The notes under the pieces were generated by a model. That model saw only the letters and a program-made list of their open reading frames with translations. It did no database searches and was not told where the DNA came from. Below, one piece after another: positions 56,802-64,000 of a stretch of DNA of 64,000 nt (the first letter of the stretch is position 1; each line of letters begins with the position of its first letter). The stretch comes from Minutocellus sp. GHC0000111 (taxonomy: Eukaryota). The DNA lies in assembly GCA_977018835.1 (NCBI GenBank), contig OZ361260.1, forward strand, positions 3,100,001 to 3,164,000, given 5' to 3'. A program made the position numbers and the translations under genes.

Positions 56802-59747
56802 TTAGGAGTACAATGTAGTAAGGCTTGCCACCAACGCCTTGTCTGTAGCCGTTGCGCAGGATGCGAGGTTCCCTTGAGGGGATATTGCTTCTCGGAAATT
56901 ACCTAATAGCTTGGCAAGAAGCGCCTTGCCAGATGCATCAAAATGCGAAGATCTCAGAGCGTCCACGCACGGCTTTGCAGACAGAAGTGAACCAAGCGAT
57001 CGCACTAACGGCAACGAGAAGGCCGGACGGACTATTTGTAGGATAGAACCCATGAAATATCGGAGCAGGGCCGAGTCAAATCCTGCAGATGTCACGGCAG
57101 TAAAAACTCGGACCGATTCGCCTTGGGTACAAAGCCAAAGAAGCAGTCTAAGCGCCTGCTCTTTGAGACCTTGAGCTTTTTGGAATGAAAGTTCCGGAGG
57201 CGAGTGCTTCAGAAAGATCAAAGCAATCTTCTGAACTTCAGGCCTGGAAAGTGGGTGGTGGATGCTGATAATTCTGGCAAGGCTGAGAATACTGGGAGCC
57301 AATGTCGGATATGCGGCCGAATCAACAAATTCCAAGCTACTGCCGCGCTCAATCGACCACAGTAGAGCTCCCTGAGCGACTGCAGGATTCTTTATGCAGA
57401 GAGAACTGAGTTCTCTGCCGACGGAGGCGCCTTCCTTGAAATCGACCTCATCGACCACAATGAAGGATACCATTGTCTCGATCTGCTCACATAGCTGAGA
57501 CCCCCTCAATAAAATCTTGGTGAACTCATCCACATTATCTTCAACAGAAGCCCCTTCAACGCCCTTTCCACTCTTTGACAATGCAACACTCGCCGAGTAC
57601 GATGCAAGAGCGATAAGCTTGGCACATTTGTGCCTCATTTCCAATGACCGAACGCGAAGTCGCCCTGGCTTGAAGAGATAGGCCAGGAGAGCTGCCAAAG
57701 ATACCGGGTGCGCATTCAAAACGTCACCGATAATTTGCTTTTCGCTGCCATATGATGCTCTCAATAAAGCCTCGGCAGTTTCATTGTCAATGACAACTCC
57801 CATGGAATATTTCCGGATGAGCTTCTCGACAGCCGAGTCGAGGTTATCTCTCAAAACACTCTTCTTTGGCGCGGCTGACGAGCTGTTAGGCGCAACTCGC
57901 CGACGCTGGCGCTGATGCAACTCACTTGTCGTGAGTGCGATATCCAGACGACGCTTGCGAATAATAGCGTTGGTAGATGTGCCCGCCGACGTTGACTCAT
58001 CTGGCAAAACCATGGCTGTTTCTAGCTCTTCACTCAAACGTGCCCAGCGACGCATCGCCTTGTTGATGGAAGCAGCCTCGGCGCCATCCTTGGCTTCGGC
58101 GGCTGCTTTGGCCCGAGCGGTCAGTACTCGAAGGACCTCACGGGTGTAGTAGTACGTGTACGAGGTTGACGTGCAAGTTCGTCTTAGATCCGAGATGACC
58201 GAATCGAAACTCTCCGGCGTTTCGTCATCAAATCCTTCATCATCGGCCTTATTTCCACCACCTTTCTTTGCAACACCTACCATGCCAAGATACTCCAATT
58301 CGGAAGTCAGCATGGCATTGAACACACCAAAGTAGTCACTCTGATTAATCCTTTTGGCGATCTCTCGATGATGGCCCCTCTTGGAGATGCTCTTGAGACA
58401 GTACGTAAGGAGAGCGCTGTCCTTGTACGTGGCCGACAGATCAATGAGGAGCCTTCTCCAACGCTTATTTTCAATCATCTGCTCCAAGAATGCCGCCTCC
58501 GATTTGGACAAGTTGAGAATGTTGTCACCCTTGGCGACACTGAAGTGCTCCCTGGCGAAACGACTGACTATATCCTCGGCAATCGACCGGACCTGATCCT
58601 GAGGACTACCTCCACCGCCGCCTACATGTGCTGCCGATGTTGCTGCACCACTTCCGCCAATCTTTTTGGTAGATGGTTTCATCTTGGACGGAGACTCGCC
58701 CGTCGAGGTGGCCAACGTCGTCCGGAGCTCGGTAATCCACAGACTGAGCAGACCGCACACGGCCGTGAGGCCATGGTTGGACGATATCAAAGCCTGCATG
58801 GCCTTGGGACCACCGACGTTGCCACCGAGCTGATCAATGAGCTCGGCGACATTATCCAGGCAGTCTACATAATTTGAGTGCACGTACGATCGTATGAAAC
58901 ATATATAAAAGAAAGAAAAGATATTGGGTGAGATATTGCCTTTTTCACGCGAAAGATGACATAAACATGCATGCATTTTAGTAGATCAACCAAGGTTGAA
59001 CGCAGGTATGTAAAACTTACCCATCTCCATGACGGCATCCGTCTTGGTGAGGGCCTCCTCGGCCTTCTCCAGAGCCACCTGCTTGGGATCCTTCACCTCC
59101 TCCTCTGGCACTTGCTCTACCTCCATCGCCGCTATTGTTGAATCAGCATCCACCCCACCATCTCCTTCGGCCACGTACTCTCCCTCCTCCATTGGTTCCG
59201 ATGCACCTCGCTCCTGCTGCTGGCCTTCTCGCCTTTGTTCGGCATCCGCCTCCGCCTCGGCCTCGGCCTCCATGTCTTCCTCCTCCACGACGGTGACGTT
59301 GGGGCCCTCCTCGGGCCGTTCCCACTGCGTCTCTCCCGTGGTATCATTGTAATAATACGTCCGCCCCTCGTCGTCCTTGTATCCCGTCCATCGCTGCGGC
59401 TGGTCCGACGACGCTGTTGTTGCCGCTGATTGTCCTCCCTCCGCCTCCTCGCTGGACCCAGCAGCCGATGCAGCCGCACCGCCGGCAAATCCCGCCGGGG
59501 CCTCCCACGAGCTCTCCCCGGTGACGGTGTTGTAGTAGTACGTCCGCCCCTCGTCGTCCTTGATGGCCTCCCAGATGGTGTTGACGTCGGCCTCTCCCTC
59601 GGCGGCTGCCGGTGCTGATTGCTGTTGTGCCCCCTCATCATTGTCGCCGCCGCCGCCGCTTCCGGGGGAGTCCACCGGAGAGGACGGGTCGTACGTCGGG
59701 GAGTCGGCGTCACCTCCGTCACTCATCGTTGTTGCTTGGCTTTGCAT
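56802..59747 (-). CDS. NELFCD: Negative elongation factor C/D (TH1) with two N-terminal WW domains (intron 58865-59020)
   Basis: WW motifs WEAIKDDEGRTYYYNTVTGESSWEAP and WTGYKDDEGRTYYYNDTTGETQWERP. TH1-like DAVME, FLEQMIENKRWRRLLIDLS, SKRGHHREI, FGVF, DSALLRYF and PAFSLPLV. Confidence 0.82.
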
Positions 59748-59921
59748 TTATTTGTGAGCTCAAAAGGGGCCTCGGAGCGGAGCGGTCCATCATGATGACG
59801 AAGCAGAAATGGTGAGAATGACCTCGAGCCAGCCGAAGCGGCACAAGTCAGAACGAGGCGAGGCCATAGCCGACCGCCATGTACGCCAGCCATGCCGCCA
59901 TACTAGTATGGCTATCAATGC

Positions 59922-60842
59922 ATGGTAGCAGACAAAGAAGCAACAATGAAGAGAGCCAACAGGGATAGGATAACGGCCGTGGCGGCGCTGGCTGCCGTCG
60001 GGTGTGCCGGCACGATGCTTTCCGGCGGGGGGACCGGGACGCCGTCATTTCAATCCGGGCAACAGAACAACGACGCCGCTTCCTCTTCTGCTACTACTGC
60101 TTCTCCTACTTCCAGTACATTGATTAGAGGAGGAGAGCAGGTCGTCAGCAGTGTTGCCGGTGACATATTGTCCCCCAGGCATCTGCAGCAGGATGAAAAC
60201 ACGGAGGAGGGTCAGGAGGAGGCTGTAAATGACACCAATACTCCTTCTAGCGAAAGCAGCACAAAGGAAGAACGAGAGCTCAAGGGAGAGTACGTCCTAA
60301 TAGCCACCATCAACAACTACCCCGATTTCTCCGAGATCTACACCGACAGCGGCGTTGAGCCCAGGGGCACCATCGAGTTTATATTCCATGGCAAATCCTT
60401 CATGGCTCGAGCCAACCTCAGCGGTTTGGAGGCCGACTGCGTCAACTGCAGCATTCACATCCACGAGGGCAAATCGTGCGACACATACGATGCGGTAGGC
60501 GATCACTACTGGCGGCACGACGATCCAGCCTTTGAAAGCCACGGTGATCCGTGGCAGATTGAGAGCGGTGTGCGACGAGCGGTATACACGTCCGATGGGG
60601 TGGGCAATACTCTGCCAGGACATCACTTTAGTTTGTATTCGGGATATGGATTTGAGATGAACGAGGGCCATGCCGTAGTGGTGCATGCCAGAGATGGTAC
60701 GAGGATTGGATGTGGTGTCTTGCAACACATTAACGCGTTCAAGAAGAAGGATAATAGCAACCCGAATGAGGAGCCAGCGGATAATGCCGCGTCTGTCGCC
60801 AAGGTAGCTACCACCGGCGCCACTCCTGCGGCACAAAGATAA
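59922..60842 (+). CDS. Secreted Cu/Zn superoxide dismutase-like protein
   Basis: HIHEGKSC...GDHY...GHAVVVH..DGTRIGCG motifs; N-terminal hydrophobic segment and RHLQ motif. Confidence 0.78.
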   Translation: MVADKEATMKRANRDRITAVAALAAVGCAGTMLSGGGTGTPSFQSGQQNNDAASSSATTASPTSSTLIRGGEQVVSSVAGDILSPRHLQQDENTEEGQEEAVNDTNTPSSESSTKEERELKGEYVLIATINNYPDFSEIYTDSGVEPRGTIEFIFHGKSFMARANLSGLEADCVNCSIHIHEGKSCDTYDAVGDHYWRHDDPAFESHGDPWQIESGVRRAVYTSDGVGNTLPGHHFSLYSGYGFEMNEGHAVVVHARDGTRIGCGVLQHINAFKKKDNSNPNEEPADNAASVAKVATTGATPAAQR

Positions 60843-60976
60843 TGTAATACGTGTGCATATTGTATTATTTGCTCTAAATCATAGTTTATTACGTACCTAG
60901 GTAGCTAGATATGCATGCTCATCGATAGCAGTATGTATAGCATTAGGAAAATGTGCAAATATCGATTCAATCATTC

Positions 60977-63052
60977 TCAATGCTCTTCGTCGTCACTTCC
61001 ATCCGTAGCATGGTCTGCGCAAGAACACTCCAACTCACGTCTTGCTTGGATGTTCCATTCAATAACGCGGAATAAAAGGAATAGTCCTACGATCAAAAGT
61101 CCGGCAATGGCAACGAACCCAACTTTTTCTACCCACAAGAATAGGGTAGCTGTTACCAACCAAAAGGGCAATCTTTAGAACAAACAAGATAATCGTTGTG
61201 GTGCCACTGAAAATCTTTTGGAATCCCTTTCTCATTCCCTCAAAATGAGCCAGACCTATTAATTCCAACGAAATCAAGACAACGGCCACAGCGGCACAAA
61301 AGAGTGCCTCGCCGGCATCATCCACATAAACAGTGCCCCCAATGAGCATTCGACCGTGATCATCTTCAAAAGCGTCTTCTGTAGGAAAGGCATTCTTTCC
61401 TGACTCAAAACCAACCCCAAGCTTTTGACTCTCCTTCTCAATTTTCTTGAGGAAATCCTTGTAGCACGCGCCATAACTAATCAGTGATAAACTCAATATC
61501 TGAAGCAGGAATGAGTACACCGTTCCAGACATCATACTTCGCCAGAGAGCCTGGTCATCAATGGAGACGGGATCGGATCCAAATTTTATCAAAGCAATGA
61601 ATATCACAGTGACCACCCCAAGAAGGGCAACAACGTAGTACGAGCTAATTTCCACGGTAGAAACAATCAAAAGTGACATCACTGGTTCGCCCAGCATCAG
61701 CATATTGAACTCTTTGTATCGATCAATAAGGAAGTCAATGTTAGTAGGAACTGACCACTTGCGAAAGTCACTGAATCTCTTGTCCGAGGAAAATATCTTT
61801 TTGCGTATCAGTACTTCACAAATGACGAATACGTAACGAATCAAAAGCAAGCCAATGGGAAGATCATTGATAGTCCAGCTGGAGGAGCCAGTTTTGGAAG
61901 CTTTGGCAAATGAGTCTTCAGCAAGTTTTCGGAGTTCTCCCGACCTAGCCAAATCAAAGTGTTTCCACCCAGCGAGGGCAACGGCCGCAATAAAGAAAGC
62001 CGCCCCGGGTAGATATTGATAAATCAGTTTGATTCTGGAATGATTTCGAATGGATTCGACGTCTCCCTTGCCACAATAGATGAGCTCAAGAGTGAGGCAT
62101 ATGGTAATGATATTCACGACGAGAAGGCCGAGTGTGAAATAGAACTGCAAAAGAACAAAAGAAATGCATGTCCAAAATGTGGAAATGTGGAAACGAAATA
62201 AGCTTGATTTGGCTAGACGAATAGGGATACTGGATGTCTTCGCAAGTACAAATGTGTATGCGAAATATCTCCACCGAACGAACCCTCTACGTAGTAGCAA
62301 GGACTCACATTATCAGCGCTCGACGGATCACTCATAATGTAGATAGGATCAATATGTATAATGGACAGGCTTACGAAGAGAATTCGCAAAATATTGACGA
62401 ACTGATGAAAGTAATCTCCAGTGGCGTACCGAGACTGATACAAAACGCTCTCCTCCCAGGCAATGTAGAGGGAACCAAAAATCGCAACGAAGTACATTAC
62501 TCCCTTCTTGTAGAGGTCAGGTTCCAGAGAGGAGGTGAGGAGATTACCTAGATTGTATGCCGCAGCGACGTAGAAGAGATCGTAAAATAAATCGCCCCAC
62601 TCCGAATGCTGAAGTGCCACATCATCTCCCCACTTTTGTCTCTGGCGCGGAGGAGAGTAGAATGGACGGCGTTGATATCTCAACTTGCTGCTTTGTCTGC
62701 TGCCCCCCACGCACTCGGCCTCCTTCTGATTGAGCTCGAGAAGCATGGCGCTGATCTCCTTTGATTCTAGGACGCTCGTGCCTTGATTCGCAAAGCGACG
62801 CACGCGGCTTAGGCCTTCCTCTTCTTGCAACAGGTTGCGACCTCGTTCCAGATCGTCGGTCTTTTCCACCATGCTGCCGCCACCCTCCAAAACACTAAGG
62901 GCCACGCTAACAGCATCGGTCAGACGACGCTCTCGCTGTTTCTGCTTCATACGTCTTAGCTCAGCTGTCACTTCATCGTTGGACGAGCCTGTGGTGTCAC
63001 CACCGGAACTTCTCAAGCTGGCGGAGGCGGTTTTGTCGTTCGATAATGACAT
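60977..63052 (-). CDS. LtrA-like (low-temperature requirement A) multipass membrane protein; intron 62145-62308, frameshift at ~61160
   Basis: EWGDLFYDLFYVAAAYNL and NIDFLIDRYKEFNMLMLGE motifs; many TM helices; gtgagt...ttgcag intron. Confidence 0.75.
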
Positions 63053-64000
63053 CGGGGGCGGATGCTTCTTTCGCAGCGTACAGTGTAGGGATGATAGCTT
63101 AGGAATTCCTAGCTACGCTGGAAACAGAATAAAACTCACTGTCTTGTGCTAGTAATAAAATCACGCACACTCAACCTCAGAAAACCACCGACATACCAAC
63201 CGATAGAGCACTCTGAGAGGGTTCTCCTGATGTATTTTGAGCCGATGCAATCGAGTTGGTGATAGCAATTAGTTGCCTTGAACATGACCCTTTTTCGCTA
63301 ACTTCGCCTGCGTGAAAAATGGCCACGTCATGGAGAAAGCGAACATAAAATTTATCAGGTTGGAGAAAATTATATGTTTCAGAAAATTGGCGAGAAAAAA
63401 AGATGCTAACAACCGCCTAGTGAAACAGAAAAGGTTCATTGCCCCAACAACCAAGGCAGATAGAGCAATTCTGGAAAAACTTTACTTGAATTGTTTTCTT
63501 GAGGAACAGTCCTGTCGTTGCGACAAAAGAAAAAAATCGTTTCTTTTTGCCGATTTCGAAAAAACACCCCCCCAAAAGGACCGACCGCTTTCCGGCCGTT
63601 TCCAGACTTTGTCGCAACGACCAATCGAAAGAACGCATAAATTTACCTGGGGTAACTCTGTTCGACTTGTGCCGTATCTCTAACCGTTCGGGGGGCAAAG
63701 AGGGTGTCCCACCTCGGCAGTTTCTTTCATTCTCGTTCCAGCGTGTGTGCAGAAAAGTTTGAGTTGGTCCCATTTTGGGTGAGGCGCAGGTCCCGAAAAA
63801 TGGACATTCGTCTTTCCGTCGTCGGATCACTGCATTAAAATGCAGGTTATTCAACAGCATTTTTCCCCTTAAATAAATGACACTTGGATAACTTCTTTGC
63901 CAACAAACTGGACATGTCCCCATTCTTCGACATCTGAAGAGAGGGGACGTAGCAAGACCTGTGGCCAAACTCGCGTTCATGAGCAATAAAGGGGGAAAAT

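Noticed and set aside
63312..63986. Short ORFs at the window end
   Set aside because: No recognisable motifs and overlapping on both strands; likely non-coding.

Overview
Gene-dense eukaryotic nuclear DNA, almost certainly from a diatom. Evidence: bipartite plastid-targeting presequences, short GT-AG introns, RXL pro-peptide motifs, frustulin-like Cys domains and a SET/aminopropyltransferase fusion. About 28 genes or gene relics are visible, including plastid FtsZ, GRWD1/Rrb1, a Set1-like methyltransferase, eIF5A, a PPR protein, zeta-COP, PIG-O, a stand-alone DNMT5-like methyltransferase, APH-1, WW-NELF-C/D, a SOD-like and an LtrA-like protein. No rRNA, tRNA or CRISPR array was found. Main observations: (1) a ~6-kb secreted fusion of SET, aminopropyltransferase, two AdoMetDC-like, class I MTase and HxD...H dioxygenase-like domains, a candidate long-chain polyamine assembly line; (2) many frameshifts that resolve exactly as short tandem duplications, mostly 4 bp, plus chains of TA-flanked micro-palindromes resembling Tc1/mariner excision footprints; (3) a DODA/LigB pseudogene whose second part is inverted, next to a CRE-like retrotransposon endonuclease fragment; (4) a membrane-anchored frustulin-like protein whose Pro/Thr stalk includes symmetric 60/72/84-nt micro-exons. 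All domain calls are by eye from motifs and need profile-search confirmation. The lesions could be assembly errors.
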